This document shows, piece after piece, positions 49,449-60,249 of a DNA stretch of 64,000 nt. The notes below the pieces were generated by a model, which was not told the origin of the DNA, did no database searches, and was given only the letters and a program-made list of their open reading frames with translations. The stretch is from assembly GCA_026416715.1 (NCBI GenBank), contig JAOAEQ010000005.1, positions 1,190 to 65,189 on the forward strand. Reading direction: 5' to 3'. How positions within the stretch are numbered: position 1 is the stretch's first letter; each line of letters starts with the position of its first letter. Both the position numbers and the translations under genes were made by a program. This DNA is from a bacterium (GTDB lineage Bacteria; UBP4; UBA4092; JAOAEQ01).

Positions 49449-51565
49449 TATATTACAAAATAAAATTTTGGTATTTAATTATTATCTACCTGAATATTAT
49501 CATAGTATTTTCTCCCGTGCATGCGGAAGAAATATTTCGTAGCGTAGATACTGCGATTCCGATAGTTATCAAAGCGGAATATGTTAAATATACCGAAGAT
49601 AACGAAACGGTTTATGCACGAGGTAAAGTTCGAGTTACCTATAGTTCAGATACACTTCGTGCGGATGAACTTTGGTTTTCCTTCCCAACCAAACTCTTGC
49701 ATGCAAAAGGTAACGTTAAACTTATCCGTGGTACCTATGGAAAAATCACTGCAATCCGATTAGAATGTGAAGAACTAACCTATGAACTTGATTCGTATCG
49801 CGGGATAGCAAAAAAAACCTATACCAATCTACCGCCATGGTTCATCTATTCTCCGGAAATTGAGCAGTTGAATCGGTTTGAACAACATGTTCGGGAAGCA
49901 AGTTTTACAACCTGTGATCGACCGGAACCGCATTATCATTTAACCGCTAAAGAAATTATTATTTATCCCGATAAATATATCATGGCAAAAAATGTTTGGT
50001 TCTATGTAAAGAATGTGCCGATTCTCTATTATCCGAGCTATCGCAAATCGCTAACCAAACATACAGCTAATTTTAGCATCACGCCTGGACATAACAGTCG
50101 GCATGGTATCTTTATTAAGACCGCATATAATCTTTCATTAAGCGACCGTTTTCTAACCCGATGGCATCTCGATTATTTTTCAAGACAAGGATTAGGTTAT
50201 GGGCTTGATGCAGAATATACGGATACCACCAATCATAACGTGAGACTAGCATCGTACTATGTTGATGAACGCGAAACAGACGAAGACCGGACTCGGTTTT
50301 ATCTGCGGCATCGAAGCAAGTTAACTGATTCCATTTCAGTTCTCTCGTATGCAGATTACGCTAGCGACCCGGAGTTCGATGAAGATTATATCTGGAAATA
50401 TATTCGCGGAAAACTTGACTCTCGCGAAATATATACTTCATTCCAAAACCTACAGGATACCTATGTCCTTCGCCTTACTGTTCGGCGATATGATGAAGCG
50501 ATTGCGGATGAATCCGGCATCAAACATTTCGAGTTATCCGAACAGCAAACGCCGCAATTGGAGTTACATACCAAATATCAAAAACTTGGTCGATTCAATT
50601 ATTACTGGTTATGGAAATCAAGCGTTGACCAAAACGAGTATCCCGGTACGGATTTAGTCAATAACAGCGATAACTATTCCGCTATGAATATCAGCGCTGG
50701 ACCGGAAATAATCCATAGTCGGCAGCTATTCAAGAATCTGATTTACACCTCAACATATGGACTCGAAAACAGTTGGAGTTCGAAAACCTCAAATAATGCA
50801 ATTTATGACGAATATCAGGTTCGACTCTACCACGACAAAAACTTACGATATCGGATTAGCGATAATCTGAAAACTGATATCTATTGGCGGACAACGAAAC
50901 GGTTAGATGACCCTGAAGACCCAGAATATGATAGAACCGAATCGAGTATTCTCGGCTCGCGAGTCACCTATCGGGTTCCGAAAACTAAACTGCGATTGAA
51001 CTGGTTAACCGCTTATAGTCTAAAAGATAAAACGGATTCAAACCCGAACGACATCCGGTATTCAACTCGGGTAGATGCTTCGTGGCAACCCAGAAATAAT
51101 TTAATTCTCTATGCAAGTGGTGAATTATTAAATCAATATCTCGATGATTCCGTTGGCAACCGAGATACCATTACCGGTCAAACTTGGTTCGCTTCTGCAA
51201 CTTACTATCCAAAAGATTGGTTTTGGGTTTCGCTCGGAGCCAAGTATCAGAATAATAGTTATCCGAACGAAAATTTTGGGCAGTCAACAGAGTCTTTTGC
51301 ATTTTATCCTGGGTTAGGAACTAATCTTGGCTCAAAATGGAAACTGCAACTCGGCGCAGGGTATGAAATCGGAAAATCTGAAGGGCATGACCAGACCTTT
51401 GATACCCTCTATAAACAAGTTATTTTAATTCGCGATTTACATTGCTGGGAAGCGTATCTCCGATACCAAGAATGGGAAGACGGAAGTTCGTGGTGGTTTG
51501 CGCTTAACCTGAAAGCTTATCCTATAAAATCCATCTCATTCGACCAAAAAGCCGTGCTATTTTAG
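49445..51565 (+). CDS. lptD: LPS-assembly outer-membrane protein LptD-like (OstA family)
   Basis: Start at ATG overlapping the upstream stop (ATGA at 49445-49448); signal peptide; OstA-like N-domain (ASFTTCD, HYHLTAKEI) followed by long beta-rich region ending in an aromatic residue. Confidence 0.7.
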   Translation: MIYYKIKFWYLIIIYLNIIIVFSPVHAEEIFRSVDTAIPIVIKAEYVKYTEDNETVYARGKVRVTYSSDTLRADELWFSFPTKLLHAKGNVKLIRGTYGKITAIRLECEELTYELDSYRGIAKKTYTNLPPWFIYSPEIEQLNRFEQHVREASFTTCDRPEPHYHLTAKEIIIYPDKYIMAKNVWFYVKNVPILYYPSYRKSLTKHTANFSITPGHNSRHGIFIKTAYNLSLSDRFLTRWHLDYFSRQGLGYGLDAEYTDTTNHNVRLASYYVDERETDEDRTRFYLRHRSKLTDSISVLSYADYASDPEFDEDYIWKYIRGKLDSREIYTSFQNLQDTYVLRLTVRRYDEAIADESGIKHFELSEQQTPQLELHTKYQKLGRFNYYWLWKSSVDQNEYPGTDLVNNSDNYSAMNISAGPEIIHSRQLFKNLIYTSTYGLENSWSSKTSNNAIYDEYQVRLYHDKNLRYRISDNLKTDIYWRTTKRLDDPEDPEYDRTESSILGSRVTYRVPKTKLRLNWLTAYSLKDKTDSNPNDIRYSTRVDASWQPRNNLILYASGELLNQYLDDSVGNRDTITGQTWFASATYYPKDWFWVSLGAKYQNNSYPNENFGQSTESFAFYPGLGTNLGSKWKLQLGAGYEIGKSEGHDQTFDTLYKQVILIRDLHCWEAYLRYQEWEDGSSWWFALNLKAYPIKSISFDQKAVLF

Positions 51566-51605
51566 CTCAACTTCTATCCAGTAAGAGTCATAATTATATT
51601 CGGGA

Positions 51606-51642
51606 GAATAACAAGAGCGGCTTTAACCCGCTCTTGTTATTC
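51606..51642 (+). terminator. Hairpin downstream of lptD (putative terminator)
   Basis: AATAACAAGAGCGG (51607-51620), loop CTTTAAC, CCGCTCTTGTTATT (51628-51641); perfect 14-bp stem but no clear U-tract. Confidence 0.4.
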
Positions 51643-52001
51643 CCAAAAACAATTTGCTTCATCGAGTGATTCAGGCTAAATAATATGACTGATGGATTAT
51701 TAATACTACTAGTTTGAGTATTTTAATTTTTTGGAGATTATTTCTCTTCGCGATTATCGAGAAACTATGGGATTAAACTGACTACGAATCGAAGTTCGCC
51801 ATTTAAAATCAAAACATGTTATCTGGTATATGCTCTGTATTTCTTGCGCGACTTAGTGAACGGTAGCTCTACTTTAGATTGAGGGCAAGTTGACTAACCA
51901 GCTAAATAATGGTAAATTGTATAGTCAAATTTGTTTGATTGGATGATGAATGTATGCGACCCTATCGGTAATTCGAAACTGTCTGCTGCAAGGCAAATAT
52001 T

Positions 52002-52853
52002 ATGATGGATAAGAAAACTATTGTTTATCTCGTTTTTACACTAATTTTAGTTACATTAAGTTCCGCTGAACTCGTTTGGACTACCGATTATGAGAATTCA
52101 GTTTTAGAAGCGCGACGTCGAGAAAAATTCCTTTTGCTTTTCTTCTATTCAGCGACGGATAAATCGAGTCAAACGAATTCGATGGAACAGAAAACATTGA
52201 TGCATAAAGATACGGTACCGTATTTAACCCCATTTATCCTAGTAAAAATAGAAATAAATCATAAAAAAGACCTTGCATTAAAATATCAGGTTACTAAAAC
52301 ACCTACCATTATCTTTACCAAGCCGAACGGAAACGAACTTGACCGAGTAACTGGATATATTCCGGTGAAAAAATTTCTGAAATTGCTTATTCCGATTGCT
52401 GAACAGAACTTAACTTATGGAACACCCGATAATTTAATTAAACAATTAAAATTACGTCCAAAAGATATTTCAGTATTATATGCGTTTGGTGTTGAACAGG
52501 TTAACATTAAAGATTATAAATATGCAGAACGGATATTTCGTCAGATACTAGAGCTCGATGCAATTGATGAATTTGGGTATGGCGAGGTTACACGGTTGAA
52601 TCTGGGTTATTGTTTGCTTGCTACTGAACAGAAACAAGAACAGTTAGAATCGGCAATTACAATATTTGAAGAACTCCTCAAAAAATATCCGCAAACAAAA
52701 TATCGGCCAGAAATAGAATATCAACTTGGGGTATGTTATCTAACGTTGGGCGATAAGGAACGAGCGAAAACTATATTTCAATCTTCATTACCAAATGCAC
52801 CGGAACCATGGTTTACTAAAATCAAGTTACAACTAGAAAATATTAATCATTGA
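52002..52853 (+). CDS. Secreted thioredoxin-fold-like / TPR domain protein (no CxxC motif)
   Basis: Signal peptide; N-terminal region resembles a thioredoxin-like fold but has SATDKSS where CxxC would be expected; C-terminal TPR-like repeats. Confidence 0.45.
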   Translation: MMDKKTIVYLVFTLILVTLSSAELVWTTDYENSVLEARRREKFLLLFFYSATDKSSQTNSMEQKTLMHKDTVPYLTPFILVKIEINHKKDLALKYQVTKTPTIIFTKPNGNELDRVTGYIPVKKFLKLLIPIAEQNLTYGTPDNLIKQLKLRPKDISVLYAFGVEQVNIKDYKYAERIFRQILELDAIDEFGYGEVTRLNLGYCLLATEQKQEQLESAITIFEELLKKYPQTKYRPEIEYQLGVCYLTLGDKERAKTIFQSSLPNAPEPWFTKIKLQLENINH

Positions 52854-52945
52854 TCGGTGTTATTTTTTATATTTTGAGGTGAGTATTCCTCTTTAAGTAT
52901 CGACCACAATCTGCGAATTCTATGTTCGGGAGGTTTATCTAATCT

Positions 52946-53371
52946 ATGGTTGAGCAAACAGTAGTCCTCATTAAACCGGACGGAATCCAACGAAATCTAG
53001 TTGGGGAAATTATTTCTCGATTCGAACGGAAAGGATTTAAAATTCGCGCTCTTAAACTTATGCGCTGGTCGAAAAAAACTGCAGAACAGTTTTATTCGGT
53101 TCATAAAGGAAAACCATTTTTTAAACCATTAATAGCGTTTATGACCTCTGGACCGGTAGTTGCAATGGTATTAGAAGCAGAAAATGCCATTGATATTGTA
53201 CGAAAATTAATTGGGGAACTTGACCCCAAAAAAGGTATCCCTGGCACTATCCGAGGTGATTATGCACTGGATATTCGATGTAATATTGTTCATGGTTCAG
53301 ATTCACCTGCTAGCGCTAATCGGGAAATGAAGGTGTTATTCAAACCACAAGAACTTATTAAATATGATTAG
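52946..53371 (+). CDS. ndk: Nucleoside diphosphate kinase
   Basis: 141 aa; TVVLIKPDG and NIVHGSD active-site His context. Confidence 0.95.
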   Translation: MVEQTVVLIKPDGIQRNLVGEIISRFERKGFKIRALKLMRWSKKTAEQFYSVHKGKPFFKPLIAFMTSGPVVAMVLEAENAIDIVRKLIGELDPKKGIPGTIRGDYALDIRCNIVHGSDSPASANREMKVLFKPQELIKYD

Positions 53372-53397
53372 TCACATCTAACATTTAGCATGGTACA

Positions 53398-54768
53398 ATG
53401 AGCTTTTTTATTGATTCTCACGTCCATTTGGATGACCCAAAATATACCTCTGATCGGGAGGCAGTGATTCATCGAGCGTTCGATACCGGCGTTAACTGGT
53501 TAATCCAAATCGGAACGGATATTCCGAGCGATGAATTTGCAATTCAATTAGCTGAACAATATCCTACCATTTACGCTACCGTGAGTATACACCCTCATGA
53601 TGCTAACGCATTTGATGAATCGAGTTATATAAAACTTCGCACGTTAGCTCAGCATCCGAAAGTGGTTGCTATCGGTGAAACCGGTTTAGATTATCATTAC
53701 GACTTTTCGCCACGTGAAATACAGCGAACGGTTTTTCGTCGGTTAATGGAACTCGCTGCGGAACTGAACAAACCGGTAGTCATTCATAGTCGGGCAGCAA
53801 ATCGTGATACATTACACATTCTAACCGAATATCAAGGAAAAGTTACGGGGGTTATGCATTGTTTTTCGGGAGATGAATTGATGATGAAAGAATGTATTCA
53901 ACTCGGGTATTATATTTCTATTGCTGGTCCGGTAACCTACCCAAACTCAGCTCGATTACAGGAACTGGTTAAAAAAATCCCAATCCCGCGTCTTTCCATT
54001 GAAACCGATTCGCCTTATCTCGCTCCACAATCGTATCGGGGTAAACGAAATGAACCAGCGTACGTAATTGACATTGCAAAAAAAATCGCTGAATTGCGTG
54101 GACTAACCGCAAGCGATATAGGCAGGATTGCAGCAATTAACGCAAAACTCTTATTCGGAATATCGGTTCCTGATGAACCGAAAATTGCTTATCCGATTCG
54201 TAATTCGTTATATCTGAATATAACCAACCGGTGTACTAACCAATGTTATTTTTGTGTTCGGTTTTATACTGATTATGTTATGGGACATAATCTCCGCTTA
54301 AAAATCGAACCGACAACGGAGGAAATTATCGCTGCAATCGGTGATCCGAAACAATACGAAGAGGTTGTTTTCTGTGGATATGGTGAACCTACCCTGCGAT
54401 TAGATGTCATGAAAACAGTTGCTCGATGGTTAAAAGAACAAGGGGTTAAAGTTCGATTGGATACTAATGGGCACGGTAATCTGATCCATCAACGGAATAT
54501 CGTTCCGGAACTGGTTGGGTTAATTGATTCGGTGAGTATTAGTCTCGATGCAGAAAATCAGGAACAGTATATGAAAATATGTAAGCCACAATTCGGTGAA
54601 CCTACATTTCAAGCAGTCATTGATTTTATTAAAGAATGCAAAAAATTGTTGCCGGAAGTAAGCGTTACTGTTGTCGGCGTACCTGAGGTTAGTGAAATAA
54701 ACTGCAGAAAATTAGCGGATACTCTAGGGGTTAAATTCCGGTTCCGGGTTTACAATGAAGTAGGATAG
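53398..54768 (+). CDS. TatD-family hydrolase fused to a TatD-associated radical SAM domain
   Basis: N-terminal TatD motifs (FIDSHVHLDD, GETGLDYH, HCFSG); C-terminal about 180 aa with CxxxCxxC (NRCTNQCYFC) and GYGEPTL radical-SAM-like motifs. Confidence 0.8.
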   Translation: MSFFIDSHVHLDDPKYTSDREAVIHRAFDTGVNWLIQIGTDIPSDEFAIQLAEQYPTIYATVSIHPHDANAFDESSYIKLRTLAQHPKVVAIGETGLDYHYDFSPREIQRTVFRRLMELAAELNKPVVIHSRAANRDTLHILTEYQGKVTGVMHCFSGDELMMKECIQLGYYISIAGPVTYPNSARLQELVKKIPIPRLSIETDSPYLAPQSYRGKRNEPAYVIDIAKKIAELRGLTASDIGRIAAINAKLLFGISVPDEPKIAYPIRNSLYLNITNRCTNQCYFCVRFYTDYVMGHNLRLKIEPTTEEIIAAIGDPKQYEEVVFCGYGEPTLRLDVMKTVARWLKEQGVKVRLDTNGHGNLIHQRNIVPELVGLIDSVSISLDAENQEQYMKICKPQFGEPTFQAVIDFIKECKKLLPEVSVTVVGVPEVSEINCRKLADTLGVKFRFRVYNEVG

Positions 54769-54828
54769 TATTGTATTATATAATAAATAAACATTTATCA
54801 TCGGCTAACTTATTTCAAGGAATATTGT

Positions 54829-56289
54829 ATGGAACTTGCTCAATTAACCGCCCATGAATTACATCAGCTGCTTACGAAGAAAGAAGTGACTGCAAAAGAG
54901 ATTACGGAATCTGTTTATGATCGAATTGAACGTTTAGAACCGAAACTAAAGGCATATACAACCTTAACCCGTGAGTTTGCGATGCAGCAAGCGAAAGAAG
55001 TTGACCAGCGGATCGCAAAAGGAGATTCAATATCACCATTAACCGGTATTCCGATTGCGATTAAAGATGTCATCTGCACAAAAGGAATTCGGACTACCTG
55101 CTCATCAAAAATCCTGTATAATTTCGTCCCGCCATATAACGCAACAGTTACCGAACGATTATTAGCCCAGAATGTCGTCGTGCTCGGGAAAACAAACATG
55201 GACGAATTTGCTATGGGTTCGTCAACGGAAAATTCCGGATTTCACATCACCCGAAATCCTTGGAATTTAGAAACGGTTCCTGGCGGTTCAAGTGGCGGTT
55301 CTGCTGCGGTTATCGCTTCTGACACTGCAATTGTTGCGCTTGGTTCTGATACTGGCGGTTCTATTCGACAACCGGCAGCGTGCTGTGGAATAGTTGGTTT
55401 AAAACCCACCTACGGTCGAGTATCCCGATATGGCTTAATTGCATATGCATCCTCGTTAGATTGTATCGGCCCGATGACGAAAGATGTTACCGATGCAGCA
55501 CTGATGATGAATGTTATTGCGGGTCATGACCGATTCGATTCTACGTCGGTAGATTTACCTGTCCCGGATTACACGCGATCACTTGTACCTGATGTTAAAG
55601 GACTCAAAATCGGTATGCCAAAGGAATATTTTATTGGCGGAATCCATCCGCAGGTTGAACAAGCAGTAAAATCAGCAATCCGATTATTAGAATCATTAGG
55701 TGCCGAAATTATTGAAATATCTCTACCCCATACTGACTATGCGGTTGCGGTATATTATCTCATCGCAACAGCGGAAGCTAGTTCGAATCTCGCACGATTT
55801 GATGGCGTTAAATATGGATATCGGTCAGCGAAATTTGATGATATGATTGATATGTATATGACTACCCGCGTGGAAGGGTTTGGGAAAGAAGTAAAACGGC
55901 GGATTATGCTCGGAACCCATGTTCTCAGCGCAGGATATTATGATGCATATTATTTAAAAGCACAGAAAGTGCGAACTCTGATTAAACAAGATTTCGACAA
56001 TGCGTTTAACCGCTGCGATGTAATCATTACTCCCACGGCACCGACTCCAGCATTTAAAATTGGTGAAAAAACTACTGACCCGTTGCAAATGTATCTCTCG
56101 GATATTTATACCATATCTGTTAATTTAGCTGGGATACCCGGTATGAGTATCAATTGCGGATTTACTGATGGATTACCTATCGGTTTGCAGATACTCGCAA
56201 AACATTTTGATGAACCGACAATTTTCCGAACCGCATATACGTTTGAATGCTATACCGATTTTCACAAACAGAAACCAAACCTAAATTAA
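54829..56289 (+). CDS. gatA: Glutamyl/aspartyl-tRNA amidotransferase subunit A
   Basis: 486 aa; amidase signature region ([24 protein letters not shown]). Confidence 0.95.
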   Translation: MELAQLTAHELHQLLTKKEVTAKEITESVYDRIERLEPKLKAYTTLTREFAMQQAKEVDQRIAKGDSISPLTGIPIAIKDVICTKGIRTTCSSKILYNFVPPYNATVTERLLAQNVVVLGKTNMDEFAMGSSTENSGFHITRNPWNLETVPGGSSGGSAAVIASDTAIVALGSDTGGSIRQPAACCGIVGLKPTYGRVSRYGLIAYASSLDCIGPMTKDVTDAALMMNVIAGHDRFDSTSVDLPVPDYTRSLVPDVKGLKIGMPKEYFIGGIHPQVEQAVKSAIRLLESLGAEIIEISLPHTDYAVAVYYLIATAEASSNLARFDGVKYGYRSAKFDDMIDMYMTTRVEGFGKEVKRRIMLGTHVLSAGYYDAYYLKAQKVRTLIKQDFDNAFNRCDVIITPTAPTPAFKIGEKTTDPLQMYLSDIYTISVNLAGIPGMSINCGFTDGLPIGLQILAKHFDEPTIFRTAYTFECYTDFHKQKPNLN

Positions 56290-56381
56290 GATTCAAAAGG
56301 ATTATTGCGGATTCAAACAGCTTCTCCCAACAACTGGCGTGAATCTGCATAAATCAATTTTGTATCGGTTATATTTTTTAT

Positions 56382-57809
56382 ATGAACTACGAAGCAGTAA
56401 TAGGACTTGAAGTCCATGCAGAACTATTAACCAAATCAAAATGTTTTTGTTCCTGTAGTACAGAGTTTGGGAACGAACCAAACTCGCAAATCTGTCCGAT
56501 ATGTAGTGGATTTCCTGGGGTTCTACCGGTTTTAAATAAAGAAGCGGTAGCGATGACGATTAAAACTGGATTAGCGCTCCATTGCGAAATTGCAACGTAT
56601 AGTCGGTTTGCCCGGAAGAACTATTATTATCCGGATTTACCGAAAAATTATCAGATATCCCAATATGCAGAACCATTATCCCGAAATGGATACATTGAAA
56701 TACCAACAAAAACTGGGTTAAAAACTATCGGAATAACTCGCGTACATCTAGAAGAAGATGCAGGAAAATTATTGCATTCACCTGACGGATACAGTCTCGT
56801 TGACTTGAACCGAACTGGGGTACCGTTAATGGAAATTGTTAGCGAACCTGATATTCGTTCACCAGAAGAAGCTAAAGATTATCTCATGATGTTGCGGGCG
56901 ATTTTGCAATATTTAGAAGTTTGTAATGGAAATATGGAAGAAGGAACGTTCCGCTGTGATGCGAACGTATCGATTCGTCCGGTCGGAACAAAAGGATTGG
57001 GTACAAAAGCTGAAATTAAGAATATGAATTCATTTAAAAATGTACAAAAAGCGTTAGAATATGAAGTCGAACGGCAGATTGAAATGATAGAAAGTGGAGA
57101 ACGGATTATTCAAGAGACACGATTATGGAATCCTGATAAAGGAATCACTGAACCGATGCGGTCAAAAGAATACGCTCATGATTATCGCTATTTTCCAGAG
57201 CCGGATTTGGTACCAATGGAAATAGCTAAAGAATGGATTGAAGAAATTCGAGCGACGATGCCAGAATTACCTATGGCACGGAAATCCCGATTTATAACCC
57301 AATATCAACTTCCGGAATATGATGCCGAATTATTAACGGTTAGCAAACCGGTAGCGGATTTCTATGAAGCAGCGGTTAAACTTCATCCGAACGCAAAATC
57401 TATCAGTAATTGGATAATGACCGAACTCATGCGAGAGTTGAGCGGAAAAGAATTCCGATATACCGAATTTCCTATCACTCCTATGCAGTTAGCGAATCTA
57501 GTTAAATTGATTGATACCAATATGATTAGCGGGAAAACTGCTAAACAAGTTTTCAACGCAATGCTGCGAACGGATATATCACCAGAAAACTATGTGAAAG
57601 AAAAAGGACTTATCCAAATAACTGATACATCCGCAATCGAAAAGTTAGTCGATGAAGTTATTGCCCAGAATGAAGCAGCAGTTGCTGAATATAAAAAAGG
57701 AAAGGAAGGAGCAATTAACGCGCTTGTCGGTCAGGTGATGAAAGCATCTAAAGGGAAAGCGAACCCGCAGGTCGTTAACCAACTGCTGAAACAGAAATTA
57801 AGTTCTTAA
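56382..57809 (+). CDS. gatB: Glutamyl/aspartyl-tRNA amidotransferase subunit B
   Basis: 475 aa; N-terminal GLEVHAEL and overall GatB-like sequence. Confidence 0.95.
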   Translation: MNYEAVIGLEVHAELLTKSKCFCSCSTEFGNEPNSQICPICSGFPGVLPVLNKEAVAMTIKTGLALHCEIATYSRFARKNYYYPDLPKNYQISQYAEPLSRNGYIEIPTKTGLKTIGITRVHLEEDAGKLLHSPDGYSLVDLNRTGVPLMEIVSEPDIRSPEEAKDYLMMLRAILQYLEVCNGNMEEGTFRCDANVSIRPVGTKGLGTKAEIKNMNSFKNVQKALEYEVERQIEMIESGERIIQETRLWNPDKGITEPMRSKEYAHDYRYFPEPDLVPMEIAKEWIEEIRATMPELPMARKSRFITQYQLPEYDAELLTVSKPVADFYEAAVKLHPNAKSISNWIMTELMRELSGKEFRYTEFPITPMQLANLVKLIDTNMISGKTAKQVFNAMLRTDISPENYVKEKGLIQITDTSAIEKLVDEVIAQNEAAVAEYKKGKEGAINALVGQVMKASKGKANPQVVNQLLKQKLSS

Positions 57810-58087
57810 ATCAAACTGAACAGTGTACAGTTTGTTCCATAACTATAGTAATATCAAAAAACAACGTTTTACCCCTGTTTTCTTGTGATTAAATTGACTT
57901 GATTTACAAATTCTACCCGCTTCATTTTCAATCTTAATCCCATTTTTACCTATCAATCATTACACCTATGAACAATGAAAGATTTTATGGTTTGATATTA
58001 TTTGAATTAACTTCAACTTCTTCAGAACCAATTGATTGGAATCTAAAAAATCTAGCAAAAGGTCAGGTTTCGAGGTAAGATGATAGT

Positions 58088-58879
58088 ATGAAATCTAAAA
58101 TAATCACACTAACCACCGATTTCGGAACCACTGATACGTATGTTTCGGTGATGAAAGGGGTTATACTATCAATCAATCCACAGGTAACTATTGTCGATAT
58201 AACTCATGCTATTTCACCGCAAAATATTCAGGAAGCAGCATTCATATTCCATACCGCATACCGCTATTTCCCAAAAGGAACGATACATATTTTCGTTGTC
58301 GACCCCGGTGTTGGTAGCGAACGGAAAGCGTTATTAGTTCAAACTGAATCCTATTATTTCCTCGCGCCGGATAATGGAGTGCTCAGTTATGTTTTCCAAC
58401 ATGAGAAAATCAAATATGTTATTCACCTCGAAACTCGCAAATATTTCCGACATCCTATAAGTTCAACATTTCATGGTCGGGATATTTTTGCACCGGTTGC
58501 TGCACATCTATCTTTAGGTATTCCACCGACGAAATTTGGGCCAGAAGCAGAAACCCTAATAAAATTTTCCATCCCTGAACCGGGAATGATTGATAACCGC
58601 ATTTATGCACATATCCTGCATATTGACCATTTCGGGAATATCATTTCCGATATCTCAAAAGAATTCTGGAATAAAACGATTGCGAAGAAGAAGTTCGTTA
58701 TCCTGATTGGGAAAAAGAAAATAATGCAGATTAAACAAACCTATGCTGAAGGTAAATCAGGAGAATTAATCGCTTACTTTGGCAGTTCAGGATATTTAGA
58801 AATCGCACTAGTTAATGGAAATGCTAAATCGCAACTAAACTTAAGAAAAGAAACTCCTATACTTATTGATTTCAAATAA
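58088..58879 (+). CDS. SAM hydrolase / SAM hydroxide adenosyltransferase family protein (DUF62)
   Basis: N-terminal ITLTTDFGTTDTYVSVMKGVI and VDPGVGSER motifs characteristic of the fluorinase/chlorinase-related SAM hydrolase family. Confidence 0.8.
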   Translation: MKSKIITLTTDFGTTDTYVSVMKGVILSINPQVTIVDITHAISPQNIQEAAFIFHTAYRYFPKGTIHIFVVDPGVGSERKALLVQTESYYFLAPDNGVLSYVFQHEKIKYVIHLETRKYFRHPISSTFHGRDIFAPVAAHLSLGIPPTKFGPEAETLIKFSIPEPGMIDNRIYAHILHIDHFGNIISDISKEFWNKTIAKKKFVILIGKKKIMQIKQTYAEGKSGELIAYFGSSGYLEIALVNGNAKSQLNLRKETPILIDFK

Positions 58880-58880
58880 C

Positions 58881-60239
58881 CTATTGAACCGGAGTTGATA
58901 AATATTTATTGATATACCGTTTCACATCAAACTTCGATTTGCAGCCGTTGTAACTCATATATCGGATTTTACCGAATATCGGTCGTTCATTCCAAGGACG
59001 ATCGTGTACCCCGCCGATACTCCATGCGATACCAGTATATCCGTTCGGGTCTCGTCCATCGAGCGAATATTTATCGTTCAGATATATTGCGATTTCCATC
59101 GCCTGTTCCGGTGATTCCGTCCATTCAAGAATCTTTTTCGCCCAATACATTCTGAGATATCCATGGAGTTTACCGGTTCTGACCATTTCCAGTTGTGCAG
59201 CGTTCCAGAGCGGGTCGTGCGTTAGTGCATACTCAAATTGTTCTAAAGAATAAAGATATACTCGCAGGTCAGCTCGATGGTTATCGAGCGTTTTCTTTGC
59301 CCATTGAGGGAATCCTTTAACCGAATCATAGTTTGGATTATAATAACAGTAATTATCTGATAGTTCCCTACGGATTATGAGTTCTTCGAGAAACGCATCT
59401 TTAACCTTTTTAGGGTGCTTGCTTTTAATAACTTCTAATGCAACTCGCTGCGCTGATATCTGACCAAAATGGAGATATGGTGATAGGTTCGATTGTGCGT
59501 CCTGATTCGGGTTATTTCGGTTTTCGGCATAACTACTTAACTTCTGGTTAATAAAATATTTCAGAACTGTTCCAGCTGTTTTTTCTCCAGAAACGAATTG
59601 TGAGACTTCTGGAACCGAACGGTCAACGATAAGCGATGCGAGTATCCTATTCCAAGTTATATTATGTGGTTTCTTTAGATTATAAGAAATAGGCTGTTTC
59701 TTAACTTTCGGAAACTCTTCTAAATATTCTGGAAGTAACCGATGTAGTTTCGGTCGTATCGTATACGCGCCAAACTCCTGTTTCGAAGATGTTAACCAAC
59801 ACGGAACGATATTATGCGCATCAACTTCATAGAATGGGATGTTAATGTTCTCGCCAACCTGTTGTTTCCAATTCCGTTTAATTGTTAACGGGTCAAAATC
59901 AGTTATCAATACACTACTTTTCGACTGGAGAATAAATTTCGGGATAACATGTTCTGGTTCGCCGGTCAATAGAATAAAAGGAATATGGTGTTTCGCAAGG
60001 ATCTGCTCAACCTCTTGTAATCCCTTCACCATAAACGTATACTGCCGAATGGTTGCTCCCAAGAATTTCGGGACTAAACAGAATATTACTATCATCGGCA
60101 CTTCCCGTTCTATTGCTAATTCTTGCGCATGGAGTAATGCCCAATTATCATTAACGCGCTGGTCTCGACTCATCCAGTAGATAACCGGACCTGACCTAAT
60201 CTCACCTTCTTTTAACAATCTAACCCTATTTTTATTCAT
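58881..60239 (-). CDS. Class II CPD deoxyribodipyrimidine photolyase
   Basis: 452 aa; N-terminal YWMSRDQRVNDNWAL and C-terminal FAD-binding region resemble class II photolyases. Confidence 0.8.
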   Translation of the reverse strand: MNKNRVRLLKEGEIRSGPVIYWMSRDQRVNDNWALLHAQELAIEREVPMIVIFCLVPKFLGATIRQYTFMVKGLQEVEQILAKHHIPFILLTGEPEHVIPKFILQSKSSVLITDFDPLTIKRNWKQQVGENINIPFYEVDAHNIVPCWLTSSKQEFGAYTIRPKLHRLLPEYLEEFPKVKKQPISYNLKKPHNITWNRILASLIVDRSVPEVSQFVSGEKTAGTVLKYFINQKLSSYAENRNNPNQDAQSNLSPYLHFGQISAQRVALEVIKSKHPKKVKDAFLEELIIRRELSDNYCYYNPNYDSVKGFPQWAKKTLDNHRADLRVYLYSLEQFEYALTHDPLWNAAQLEMVRTGKLHGYLRMYWAKKILEWTESPEQAMEIAIYLNDKYSLDGRDPNGYTGIAWSIGGVHDRPWNERPIFGKIRYMSYNGCKSKFDVKRYINKYLSTPVQ

Positions 60240-60249
60240 AATCTTGCTT

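Noticed and set aside
57810-58087. Weak hairpin (CAAACTG...CAGTTTG) just after gatB as an intrinsic terminator
   Set aside because: Short stem, 9-nt loop and no U-tract; not convincing enough to call as a feature.
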